Of a stretch of DNA of 64,000 bases, positions 8,494-19,600 are shown one piece after another. The position numbers and the translations under genes are program-made. Within the stretch, counting starts at the first letter, position 1, and the number at the start of each line of letters is the position of its first letter. Origin of the DNA: a bacterium (GTDB lineage Bacteria > Zhuqueibacterota > Zhuqueibacteria > Residuimicrobiales > Krinioviventaceae); the NCBI GenBank assembly GCA_963675755.2, contig CAXXMD010000003.1, positions 576,001 to 640,000 of the forward strand, read 5' to 3'. The notes under the pieces are model-generated. The model was not told where the DNA came from, did no database searches, and was given only the letters and a program-made list of their open reading frames with translations.

Positions 8494-9723
8494 CTAATCA
8501 ATTTGTTGTCTTAATATTTCATAATATAAATTGATTAACACTGATCGGGCTTGCAGAGAATATTTTAAATCAGTGAATTTATCCGATTGGTCAAACCATT
8601 TTTCTGAGTAAGAGCCATCAATAATAGAAGTTAATTCGATATCAAATAACTCTCGAATAATTTTCTCTTCATATTCCAATTGTTTTGTCCAAAATGTGTA
8701 AATATAGTTTTCATCAAAATTTTCTTCATAATTACTTTTTGGTATTTTTACATGTTTGTGTAAAGAATCCTTTACGGGTTGCGATTCGTTTAATGCAATT
8801 ATCAGTTCATCTATATTTATCCTATTAATAATGTTTACAATTTTTTGCTCTGATTCATTTTTTAGTTTGTTATAATTTGTCATAAAAGTATTAAATTCAT
8901 TTTTTATCTTTAAATAGTCTTTTCTAAATTTTTTTAATTCTTTATTTCTTTCATTTTGTTCATAATTTACTTTTTCTAAATTTATGTTTTGCTTTTCAAT
9001 TTTTTCCTCATACTCTTTTTTTAAATCATTTATTTTATCTTCCCATTTATTGTCAATTTTCTTAAATTCAATTCTCAACGTATGTTTTGAATTTAATAAT
9101 TTCTGTTTTTCCTTTTGTAATTTTTCTATTTCAGAGAGTTGTTTTTTATTAAGTTCTTGTAATTTTTTCAATTCCTTATTTTCTTTGTAATTTTTTTTGT
9201 TAACTGCAACATCTGATTTTTTTTCATTTCTTGATAATTTGTCAGATGTATCACTTCCCGCATTAATTAACTTTTTCATTTCCTTTTGTTGATTTTCATC
9301 AAAAACAATTGGACTGAAATATAAAAAAATACTAATATGATTATTATTTTCAAAAATATCACATAGTTGAGAAAAAATATCATTAGGTAAAGCATATCTT
9401 CCGTTATCTAGTTCTTTATCTTTTACCCATTTTTTATATTCATTAGATTGAAAATATGGATCAAGTAAATTTTTATATTCATTATGATAGTTGTACCAAT
9501 CTAAAAACAATGAAATTACATGATCCATTTGTAAATTATCATTTAAAACTTTATAAATATGTTGTTTATTCGATTTTTGAATTCTAAAACCGCCAAACGT
9601 GCACTTATTTCTTAAAGTCTTTTTAGAATTGATGAACTTTTTTATAGAATCCCATGGGATAGAATCTAACATATTAATTAAATCTTGTTCTTGTTGGATT
9701 AGCTCTTTATAACCTTTTATCAT
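8494..9723 (-). CDS. Hypothetical protein with long central coiled coil
   Basis: 409-aa ORF; K/E/L heptad region at about aa 175-300; 21 bp from the upstream gene. Confidence 0.75.
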   Translation of the reverse strand: MIKGYKELIQQEQDLINMLDSIPWDSIKKFINSKKTLRNKCTFGGFRIQKSNKQHIYKVLNDNLQMDHVISLFLDWYNYHNEYKNLLDPYFQSNEYKKWVKDKELDNGRYALPNDIFSQLCDIFENNNHISIFLYFSPIVFDENQQKEMKKLINAGSDTSDKLSRNEKKSDVAVNKKNYKENKELKKLQELNKKQLSEIEKLQKEKQKLLNSKHTLRIEFKKIDNKWEDKINDLKKEYEEKIEKQNINLEKVNYEQNERNKELKKFRKDYLKIKNEFNTFMTNYNKLKNESEQKIVNIINRINIDELIIALNESQPVKDSLHKHVKIPKSNYEENFDENYIYTFWTKQLEYEEKIIRELFDIELTSIIDGSYSEKWFDQSDKFTDLKYSLQARSVLINLYYEILRQQID

Positions 9724-9744
9724 AAGTTATTACCATTAAGTCAA

Positions 9745-12700
9745 TTAAAATTTTATATTATAATCTTTTTCTAATACTTGTTGTGTCTGATTTGTAATAC
9801 TATATATTTTATATTTAACTAAGAAAAATTTAATCTCTTTAATAAAATCCTGCATCCATTTTTTTTCATCATTATTGACTGCTATCTTCAATGCTTGAAT
9901 TGCACAACCGTATGCTTGAAAATATTTATCTTGTCTGGTTAATTCAATTACATTTTCACGTAGCATATTATAATCTATATCTTTATTTAAACCTGAAGAT
10001 GAAATCTCAATATATTGATCATATTGCTCATAATCATATTCACTATCTGAATTTTCATTTACAGCAATTCTAGCCAAAAACATCTTAAAATTATTTGAGA
10101 AGTCAGTGACAGGAAAATTTATATAATCCATTTTTTTCTTCCCATCAAATAAATACTCCTTTTCATTCAATAGAATTTTTTCATCATTATTTTCTAAACC
10201 ATATATTTTAATCTTATAACTACTTCCTTCAGGGCCACAAGCCTCACATTTGCCATTAATCATCCCATTAATTAAGTGGTTAATTATTTCAAAATTAAAA
10301 ATTTTTACATTATAAAAAATATTAAATGATTTAATTTCTAAAAGATCACCAGTTAATATTTTAATTGTATTATGATATTTTGTTATATAGGGCTTTATAT
10401 CTTCTAATGAGAATATATAAAGATTATTAATTAATTTTACTTTAGGCATATATCTAATTTCATTTACTTTTATAATAAAATCCGAAAATGATATTATTAG
10501 ACTAATATTTATTATATCATGAAAATATAAATCAAAAGGATCATTTATTACTTTGGAAACTTTATCAATTAATTTTACACCATATATCATTGGAGTATAT
10601 TCAATATTAAACTTAGTCTTTGGTAATTCGATTTTGTATTCATGATGATATTTATAATTATTATTGATCAATTGGTTATTATTAAAAATAATATTTAACC
10701 TTCCTGTTGAATCATTATTTTCATCAAATAAATCAACTTCAAACTCATTTTCATTTTCTTCAGTTACACATGCAAAAACAGTATCTCCTTCTAAAATATA
10801 GTCTGGATATTCAATTCTTAATTCTGGAAACACATAAAACCATTTTGTATCAAATTTTAAATCTACTGAACAAATAGAAATTTCAATACGTGAATTTCCC
10901 TTTTCTGGAGACCAAACAGGATCAATTATTTGTTGTAATTCAGTCCCGGTCAAATAATAACAACCTGATATTTTTTGAAAATTAATTTTCTGAAATGCAA
11001 TTTGATATGGATCTTCATCATTTACTATAATATTTAAATATAAATCTGATATTATACTTTCATCAAAGAAAGGAAAAAACTTTAATTCAAAATCATTTAT
11101 CCCTTTACCTTGGTAATTGTTAAAAATCAATCCTTCTGTTTCATAACTTTTAGTTTTGGTAAGTTGGATATTTATTTCCAACGGTTTATCAAAAATCCAA
11201 ATCAAATCATCAAAAACAAGTTTACAATAATCTGATTTATTTCTCCATCTAAGTAAAAAAATATTATAATCACCACAAGATTTTACTTTTTGAATACTTA
11301 AATTGTAAATTTGAATGTCATTAGTGCTTATTTTTTTATAGCAATATAGGATTAGTTCATTAGGTGCATATTTATGTGGCGTTTTTTCTTTTGTGGGAAA
11401 AATCTGATATGATGCAGGAGAAAAAAGCATCAATTTATCTAGAAAAAATTCATATTCAACCAATTTATAATTAATCCTAACTGGTTCTTCATTATTATCA
11501 ACAACAAATAGTCGATGATTGTCCGGAGATGGATTTTCAACATTAATTATTTCATCATTAATTTCGCCAACCCCATGTTTAAAGAGTTGTAATGGCATTT
11601 GAAATTCAGAGAAATCTGAATGAATTAATAGTTTTTGATTTGCCAGGTTCTCATTTTTAATTCGAAACTTTTTTATTTCTAAATATAAATTAGGTATTTT
11701 CTTTTTGTATGAACATTTCAAATTTACTCGAAATTTAAAATCATCTTTATCAACAATGGTTTCAATAATTTTTTTATTTGATGTTCTTATTATCAGTTTT
11801 TCAGCTGGTTGAATAACTTTAAAGAAAATATAACCTTTAAACAATCTCTGTGCATTGTAAAATTCACGTACTAAATCATTACGGTTTTTGGAATTAACCA
11901 TAACTGTTATAACAGATTCAGATTTTAATATTACAACATTTGATCCTTTAATTATTTTATCATAGGGAAGATCTTCAAGATCGTTTAATGTATATGCTGT
12001 AGAAGGTAAACACGTATACTTTGTTTCAGATATAGTATAAATACCATAACTTGGTTTATGATATTTATTATTTTTTTCAGATTTTCCTGAAGGAAGTTTT
12101 ATTTTTTCCCCTGGTGGTTGTTTTTGTATTAGTATTTTTAGTTTATAGGGATTTATAACACCAATTATACGTTTATAAAGATTAATTAATTGCCGTTTAT
12201 CTCTTAATATTGAAATTGGATCAATCCCAGTATTTAATATTATTTCATTTATATAATTGTCAATACAATCTGATAATATCTTATCAGAATTTTCAATATA
12301 CGAAAAAATCACTCCTAGCTTTTCAACTGTTAATGCAAAAGCAGTAGTATACTGTTCGATTTGATCAATTATTTCTCTTAAAAACTGAACGTCTTCTTTA
12401 GGTAAATCCCAAAAATCAATTTCATTGTTCTTTATATCTAGTATTAATTGTTCAATTTTTTCATAATCTCTAAAATAACGCCAATAAATTATAAAAAATC
12501 TGATTAAATCACCCGATCTGGATTTGGGAATTCCACTTTCAAGAATTAATGATTGAACAAATTCTCTTCTATTATAATTTTTGATTAATAGAATTCCAAT
12601 TTCATGAAATCCTACTTCCCAAAGATTATCATAAACATAAGAATCATGATCCCACCCTATATAACTTTTATATAAATTCCAAAAGTTCCCTGTAAATTCA

Positions 12701-13008
12701 TCTTTAATCATTTCACAAATCCCAGCAATTGCAACAAACCTTGCTTTAGTTAAAATGTCATTATCTAGTTGAAATTTTCGCCATTGCAGAGTTTTGTGAA
12801 TTCTTAACATCTCTATTTTTAAATCTTGTAAATCTAGTTCATCAAACTTAATTCGTTTTGGTAAAATTCGATTTAAACTTTTATATTCATCTTCTTTAGA
12901 ATTAATTTTTTTCTGGAGTACATTGTATTTTTCGCTAATTGCGTTTTTAAATTCCAAGTACGAGTCGTATACTTTTATCTTATTATTTTTCAAAACAAAC
13001 TCGATCAA
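9745..13008 (-). CDS. 1087-aa protein, possibly STY4851/ECs_5259 (Druantia DruH)-like
   Basis: Long ORF; helical N-terminus with FW...W...LW..GF...RREFVQSLILESGIP followed by ~700 aa of beta-rich sequence; family call is by recollection. Confidence 0.5.
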   Translation of the reverse strand: MIEFVLKNNKIKVYDSYLEFKNAISEKYNVLQKKINSKEDEYKSLNRILPKRIKFDELDLQDLKIEMLRIHKTLQWRKFQLDNDILTKARFVAIAGICEMIKDEFTGNFWNLYKSYIGWDHDSYVYDNLWEVGFHEIGILLIKNYNRREFVQSLILESGIPKSRSGDLIRFFIIYWRYFRDYEKIEQLILDIKNNEIDFWDLPKEDVQFLREIIDQIEQYTTAFALTVEKLGVIFSYIENSDKILSDCIDNYINEIILNTGIDPISILRDKRQLINLYKRIIGVINPYKLKILIQKQPPGEKIKLPSGKSEKNNKYHKPSYGIYTISETKYTCLPSTAYTLNDLEDLPYDKIIKGSNVVILKSESVITVMVNSKNRNDLVREFYNAQRLFKGYIFFKVIQPAEKLIIRTSNKKIIETIVDKDDFKFRVNLKCSYKKKIPNLYLEIKKFRIKNENLANQKLLIHSDFSEFQMPLQLFKHGVGEINDEIINVENPSPDNHRLFVVDNNEEPVRINYKLVEYEFFLDKLMLFSPASYQIFPTKEKTPHKYAPNELILYCYKKISTNDIQIYNLSIQKVKSCGDYNIFLLRWRNKSDYCKLVFDDLIWIFDKPLEINIQLTKTKSYETEGLIFNNYQGKGINDFELKFFPFFDESIISDLYLNIIVNDEDPYQIAFQKINFQKISGCYYLTGTELQQIIDPVWSPEKGNSRIEISICSVDLKFDTKWFYVFPELRIEYPDYILEGDTVFACVTEENENEFEVDLFDENNDSTGRLNIIFNNNQLINNNYKYHHEYKIELPKTKFNIEYTPMIYGVKLIDKVSKVINDPFDLYFHDIINISLIISFSDFIIKVNEIRYMPKVKLINNLYIFSLEDIKPYITKYHNTIKILTGDLLEIKSFNIFYNVKIFNFEIINHLINGMINGKCEACGPEGSSYKIKIYGLENNDEKILLNEKEYLFDGKKKMDYINFPVTDFSNNFKMFLARIAVNENSDSEYDYEQYDQYIEISSSGLNKDIDYNMLRENVIELTRQDKYFQAYGCAIQALKIAVNNDEKKWMQDFIKEIKFFLVKYKIYSITNQTQQVLEKDYNIKF

Positions 13009-13030
13009 TTAATAAATTAGTTAAATCATT

Positions 13031-14797
13031 TTAAAACTTGAATACATCAGAATTTGTAACCTTACCTTTTGATACAGTACTCATTCTTGTTCCGAAATCA
13101 CCAGCAAATCTTTCATAAGTAGTTTTTTCTTGAACAGATAAAAAAGTAATTAACATCATCCTTGCTCGTGTTAGTGCACAATAATGTAGTAATTGTGCTT
13201 CAACATCTTCCAGATTAAAAAAATCAAAAGCTATAACTATCTTCCTTTCTAATCCCTTAAAAGCTTGAAATGTACAAAAATCAATCACTTTGCTATTATC
13301 TATATTTTCTGTTAAATCATTGATTTTGTACCCAGAAATGTTACTAAGGATTGAAATTGATGACTTTTGAAGTTTATGACCTGAAAGAAGAATTATATCT
13401 TTTGGATTTACATTTTGATCCATTAATTTATTTATTTTTTTCTCTAATTTAGTTACTAAATCTTTACTATTTTCAACAAAATAATTTTCATAAAAACCTT
13501 CACTTGTAATTCCATCAAATGGAACTGTAATACCTGATATTAACGATGAATTTACTGCAACTTTTTTTGTATTGCGACAATTAATTGTTAAACTATAGTT
13601 TGCACAACCATAATCTTGTAATCTAGTTATAGCTTGTTCTTCGATTCCTTTAAAAATATTTTGTAAAGGATCGTAAAAAAAATGCCAAAATCCTTGATCT
13701 AATCCATTTTTAAGTGTTAGATCAAATGCATCAATAAAAAATTTTTTCAAAAGATCTTGGGCCTCATCTACAATTAACACATCAAAAGGTTCAAATTCGG
13801 ATTCTATTAATGCATCCATATAAATTGAAGGGAAATAATAATTAAAGTAATCACTATGATTTTTATATTCTTCCAAGATATTGCTTAGTCCAGCTTTTTT
13901 TATTGTAGAATAAAACCAATGATGAATTGATTCTACATACAAATTTTCCAAAGTATTATCATCTTTTAAAATTCCTTTTATATGATTTCCTAATAATCGA
14001 TTATAACATAGATATAGTACTTTTTTGCCCTTTTTAGCAAAATTAATTGCATTTTCAATAGCAAGTATTGTTTTACCAGTTCCTGCAGCTCCACAAATTA
14101 GTGTTCGTGGATTATTTTCGATCCTCTTGAGTATATTAATCTGTTCTCTGGTAAGTTCAATTTGATCTTGTTCAATACTAGTCAAATGACTATTTAATGT
14201 TAATGCAGTTCGAATTTCTGGTCTTAATTGATTACGAATACTTTCAATTTCTTTTTTATTTAATAAATGAGATTTTATCCCATGTTTAACTGAATAATTT
14301 CTTGTCCAAAACTCATTGAGAGAACGCAAATAATATACTAAACTTTCCTTAATTTTTGTTTTATCTAGCAAAACATTTAACTCAATTTCAGGACCTTCTT
14401 GATTGAAATATTCATCAGGCATTATTACACCATAACCAATCAACCAATTTTTTCTGTCATAATTATTTACCATAATATCTTTAATAGCATACATTGCTGT
14501 TTTAGCTTGTTCAAAAGGTCCTTCCTTTTTATTAAAAGTTCCATTTTTCCCTGTAAAAATCCACTCACCATTTCTACAAGAAACACCACCACCTTTGACT
14601 TCAATTACATATATTCCCAATTTAGAAATGATTACAAAATCACATTCTGCCCAAATTTTTTTATTATGATTTTTAAGTCCTAGTGAATGCAATACATATG
14701 TATCATCATCTAATTCTGATTTGAATCTATTAAATAATCTTTTTTCTGCCCTACTTTTTGTATTTTCACGGACAGAATTAGGAATCATTATTGCCAT
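13031..14797 (-). CDS. NERD nuclease fused to SF1 (UvrD-like) helicase
   Basis: NERD: SRAEKRLF..VLHSL..ECDFVII...VIEVKGG...PFEQA; helicase: GAAGTGKT, IVDEAQD, NCRN, FKGLE, YCALTRAR. Confidence 0.88.
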   Translation of the reverse strand: MAIMIPNSVRENTKSRAEKRLFNRFKSELDDDTYVLHSLGLKNHNKKIWAECDFVIISKLGIYVIEVKGGGVSCRNGEWIFTGKNGTFNKKEGPFEQAKTAMYAIKDIMVNNYDRKNWLIGYGVIMPDEYFNQEGPEIELNVLLDKTKIKESLVYYLRSLNEFWTRNYSVKHGIKSHLLNKKEIESIRNQLRPEIRTALTLNSHLTSIEQDQIELTREQINILKRIENNPRTLICGAAGTGKTILAIENAINFAKKGKKVLYLCYNRLLGNHIKGILKDDNTLENLYVESIHHWFYSTIKKAGLSNILEEYKNHSDYFNYYFPSIYMDALIESEFEPFDVLIVDEAQDLLKKFFIDAFDLTLKNGLDQGFWHFFYDPLQNIFKGIEEQAITRLQDYGCANYSLTINCRNTKKVAVNSSLISGITVPFDGITSEGFYENYFVENSKDLVTKLEKKINKLMDQNVNPKDIILLSGHKLQKSSISILSNISGYKINDLTENIDNSKVIDFCTFQAFKGLERKIVIAFDFFNLEDVEAQLLHYCALTRARMMLITFLSVQEKTTYERFAGDFGTRMSTVSKGKVTNSDVFKF

Positions 14798-14815
14798 TAT
14801 ATAACCATTAAACTT

Positions 14816-16654
14816 TTATTCATTTATATCAAAAAAACCAGGAATCCGTTTAGTGCTTTCTGTCTCACTTGAACCAATTAGTAATACTCTATCTAATTCT
14901 CTATTAAATTTTTCACATGCAGTTTCTGGTAACAATAAACAATTATGACAACAAGCACCAATCAATCTTTCACCATTTGAATAAGGTTCAGTTTCACTAC
15001 ATACAGGATCATTTCCACACCACTGAGCATCCTGTATTGCCTTTTCAATTAAATTATTAATATTAGTTGATGTAGCAAGATTAACCAGACCTCCAAGAGT
15101 ACCGTCAGAGCCAGGTGTTGCTGTATAAATTAAAATTCCTGACATAACTGGTGTTGTTTCATCACCATCTGAGATATATAATCTTTCTCTTAAACTCGCC
15201 GATGAATATCCACAATCAAGTGCTAATCTCCTGATAAGAATATGTGATAATGAATGTATAAGCATTAATCGTGGAGTAATTCGATATGGAGGCTCAAGAT
15301 CATGCTTTTCTAAAAAATCTTCATTAAGTTTATTAATTAAATCAACTCTTTCATTAACATTTTCATTTTTAATCCAATTTTGTATTTCCTCTTCATTTAG
15401 TTTGAAAAAAATCCCTTCACCATGAATTTGAATAGCTGGTCTCCAATCAACAGGATTTTCAGCTATAGAACAAATCATTTTTTTATTTACTGCATCATTA
15501 ATGTTTTCAATAGCAACACCAAATGGTTGAATCCGGGAAAATCCACAATATGCACGAACTTCCCTTAAACGTTTTACTGCAGAAAATGATTGGAACCATT
15601 TTTTTAATCTGCCATCAATACTTATAGGATAATTTTCAAATTCATTATTTAAATCAAATGATGTTTCATTACATAGTGCTTCATATTCCTGATATCTTGC
15701 AGCACTTTCATCAACAAGAAACTCATCCGTATCAATTTTTGCCCTTCTTTTTGTCCATTCCACACCAACATCTGGATCGATTTCTGGATTATTTTTTATT
15801 AAAAAACTTCTAACTGCTGCATCTCTTACCGATTCATCAATTGAATTAATCCAATTCATTTCATTTTCTAGTATTTTTGCAATTGATTCAGAAGCTGGAG
15901 GTATTGATAACATTGAGGCGATAATGGGAAAGTGAACATTTGATCCACCTCGTTGTAAAGTATTTAATCGTTCACTACATCCTTCATGTGAATAATTCCA
16001 CGGTCGAGAACCTTTACACTTTAATCCCTTTAATGCATATGAATGAAAAATATCGTGAAGATCACGTGATTCTTTACAACTGCTACAATAAACAAACAAA
16101 TCTCCTAAAGAGGCTGTTTTACCTTTTGATTTTAAATACAATTTAGGATTATTACAATTCGAACCTTTTTTTGAATGTACCCAAAGGTACCAAGGAAATT
16201 CATCAATATGCCCCTTTGTGCAAGCTACAATAAATCTAACTGGAGTAACTGGTTTATCGCACTTAAGGCATTTTAATTTACCATCTGGCTCTTCTTCAAA
16301 AGGATCATTTGGTTTTCCCAATCGATTGCATTTTGGACATACATGCCATTTGGGAAATCGTGTACAAGGTATTGTCCACTCCCTTTTAACTTTATCGCCA
16401 TATTCACTAATATGCCCTTCTTTAGGAACTGGAATATTTCTAAATTCCTTCATCTTTAAAATCTTCTGTAATCTTGGTTCATAGATTAATAATGAGTCCT
16501 TTTCTTCTTTTGGGAGATTATTCCACAGCATTTCAAAATAATTAAGGCTTAATGGCATAAATGAACCATGGATAAAATCGATAATAGCTCCTGTTCCATA
16601 ATTAAATATTGCCTGAGATCTTCTTGAACTTCCAATTGTGAATTTAAATGACAT
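14816..16654 (-). CDS. drmB: DISARM DrmB-family protein (DUF1998)
   Basis: RRSQAIFNYGTGAIID, ACTKGHIDEFPW, HSLSHILIRRLALDCGYSSASLRERLY, YTATPGSDGTLGGL, CGNDPVC...CHNCLLLPETACE. Confidence 0.9.
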   Translation of the reverse strand: MSFKFTIGSSRRSQAIFNYGTGAIIDFIHGSFMPLSLNYFEMLWNNLPKEEKDSLLIYEPRLQKILKMKEFRNIPVPKEGHISEYGDKVKREWTIPCTRFPKWHVCPKCNRLGKPNDPFEEEPDGKLKCLKCDKPVTPVRFIVACTKGHIDEFPWYLWVHSKKGSNCNNPKLYLKSKGKTASLGDLFVYCSSCKESRDLHDIFHSYALKGLKCKGSRPWNYSHEGCSERLNTLQRGGSNVHFPIIASMLSIPPASESIAKILENEMNWINSIDESVRDAAVRSFLIKNNPEIDPDVGVEWTKRRAKIDTDEFLVDESAARYQEYEALCNETSFDLNNEFENYPISIDGRLKKWFQSFSAVKRLREVRAYCGFSRIQPFGVAIENINDAVNKKMICSIAENPVDWRPAIQIHGEGIFFKLNEEEIQNWIKNENVNERVDLINKLNEDFLEKHDLEPPYRITPRLMLIHSLSHILIRRLALDCGYSSASLRERLYISDGDETTPVMSGILIYTATPGSDGTLGGLVNLATSTNINNLIEKAIQDAQWCGNDPVCSETEPYSNGERLIGACCHNCLLLPETACEKFNRELDRVLLIGSSETESTKRIPGFFDINE

Positions 16655-16677
16655 TATATTTTACCTTTTGTTTTCAA

Positions 16678-19600
16678 TTATTTATCAAATAATGTAAAGT
16701 AAATAGATGGCTCAACATCTCTCATTGAATTAGGAGTCTGCCAAAAGTTATTATTGGAACCACTATCACAAAACTCCTCTGCGCTTCTCATTAAATGTGG
16801 ATATAAAGCTTTATTGTCAAAAGGTCGTCTAGTAGCCCAATATTCAAACCGTTGTCCAGACTCTCGATAATTTTCTGCTCTTCTTGCCCATTGTGTAATA
16901 ATATTTGATAATTCATTTGTAATTTCTTCTTTTGTAATATGAACTATACCAGAATTCATTGCTCTTTCTACTAACCATGATATAACCCTATCAATCTCAT
17001 TAAAATTTGATTTAAAATTTATTGCATCAAACCTATCATTTAATTCTGGGATACTATATCTTAAAATTGAAATTAATACCGCATGTAGTGCTTTATCTCT
17101 TGCCCGAGAAGACCATGGAGTTACACTAGTTGATTCTACTCTTCTATATAATGCCTGATGATAATTATAAAAGTGTTCATAATGGGACATATCCCGAGGG
17201 CGAGATGCATTATAAACTGTCAGAATTAATCCAGGAATTCCTCGTCCAATTCTTGATGTTGCTTGTATATATTCAGAAGTAGCTTTAGGTTGACCATTTA
17301 CAACCATTAATCCAAGTCGTGGAATATCTACCCCCACTGATATCATATTACTAGCTAAGATAGTATCAACAGGAGGATTTAAATCATCACTTAGTTTATT
17401 ATTTAATGTTTTCAATTTTTCTGGTATTTCTGTTGATGGTATTCTACTTGTTAATTCAACAGGTTCATATTGCAAATCCCGTTTATTACATTTTAAACGA
17501 TTAGAATAAAACAATATACTCTTTTGAACATCATCTCGCATCATTACACTTGCACCCCCTAGTTCTCTTAGACTATTAAAATATAATAAACTAGTCCAAT
17601 AAGGATCTATAGCATCAACATCATATTTGTCAGGATTTTCCATAAAGAATTTTGAAATTATTTGAAATGCAGCAATCACAGCTTGTAATGTAAATTTGGG
17701 ACTTCTTCCTCCTGAAGAGATACCAAGGTATGTTCTATCTGGAATTTTTTCATCAACAACTGCAAAGAATGAATTACTTGCATCCAAACCAGGTGGTGGA
17801 AACTGATGTACATCTCTATTAAATAGAGCTTTAACTTGTTGTTCAGCTCTACCAATAGTAGCAGTTGATCCAATAATTTTGGGAGGAATATTTTTAAATG
17901 TTGATAAATAGTCAATTGCAGATTCATAAATACCTGTAACAGTACCCAATGGACCAGATATTAAATGCAATTCATCCTGAATAATTAAGTCAGGTGGTAA
18001 TCCATCGGGTTTACCAAAAATCAATCCAAGATTATTGTTTCTTGGTAATTGGGCGAACTTATCAACAGTTCCAATTATTAAAGAAGGCAACTCTTTATAA
18101 ATCTCCTCATCAACTGTATGGATTGGTAAAGGTTCCCCTTTTGTAAAACACTTTTTATTTGAACATATTATTTTCATTTTATTTTCTTTTTCATCAATAT
18201 AATAATCACAAACTTTAAGATTTGTACTACATATCGGGCATTGTAAAATCAATCTGGGAGTTGAAGATGGTTTTTGTCCATTAAGTTCATCTTGTAAAAC
18301 TTTATACGCATTTAGTTTACGATTACTATCATGTAAATAATTTGGTGTAGCACTTTCTCCAACATACAAACCTATGGAAATTGGTAATGTCCCCAATTCA
18401 ATTGCATGTGCTTTTCTAATAAGATTTGCTGTACATATCATTTTAGCAGCTCTTTGAAACTGCTGCACTGTTAAAAGTCTTAATGTATAACGCATCAAAA
18501 CATCAACATGAGGTTTTATACTTTTTTCTTTTTCGTGCAATCTTCTGTAAAAAATAGTAAAAGCTGTTAAACCTAAATATGCTTCAGTTTTACCGCCACC
18601 TGTAGGAAACCATAATAAATCCATTAATTTTCTATCATCAGAGTCAGGATTTACAATTGATGGAATTGTTAATAATATAAAAGCGAGTTGGAATGGTCGC
18701 CATTTTAAGGGCTTTATATTTGAATATTCAGATTGTTTATTCATGGTTAAATTTGCATAATAAAATGCTTTATAGGCATTATCTGAAGTCTGAAGAATTT
18801 TAATACCATTCCTCATTCGTGAAAGTATTTTATCATTACAAAAATTTAAATTATTTGTAGCAAGTTCTTGGTATTTAATATCTAGCCCATCAATCTTTTG
18901 TTTCTCAGTTGTAATCCAAGCCTGATAAATATCACAAAATTTTTTCAATCCATCTAATACATGTATTCTATATTTCATGTCGGATAAAATAGATGTATTA
19001 AAAGGAGAAAAATCATCTAAAATTAAATCTTTCATACTTGGATGCCCCTCAGCAGTAAAAGAGAATACTTTTTGAGATGGTATCCATGATGTCCAAACAC
19101 TTTCCACTTCATTGTTGATTGGTGCATTCCACATTGAGGCAACTGCATGACCAACAGCAAATTCTTTTGAATCTCTATATAACAGATCGTTAACTTCTAA
19201 ATCAATACCTGGTATATTACGTGATATAATAGCAGAGTTTTTGGAACATTCTATTTCTAATTTAGTCTGGAATATACATCTCTCACCAAGTTCTTTCATT
19301 TCATCAGTTGATTTGTTAAGTAAACTTGCAGTAACAATGAGGTGATTATTAATTTCACGTTTTTTTACATATATCGACATATTATAATCAATAATTGAAT
19401 CCCCGGCAGGTGTTTCAAAAGTATTTTCCTCAAAAACAAATCTAGTGTCTGTGTTAGGTATATTTAAAGAATATTTAAATGGTTGTCTTTTCCAAATTGA
19501 ACAATTATCATTATTCTCACTACTAATTTCTTTTGTATATCGTGCTCCATATACAATTATTTTAAATGATGACTTGATATCTTTAAAAGTACATGTCAAA

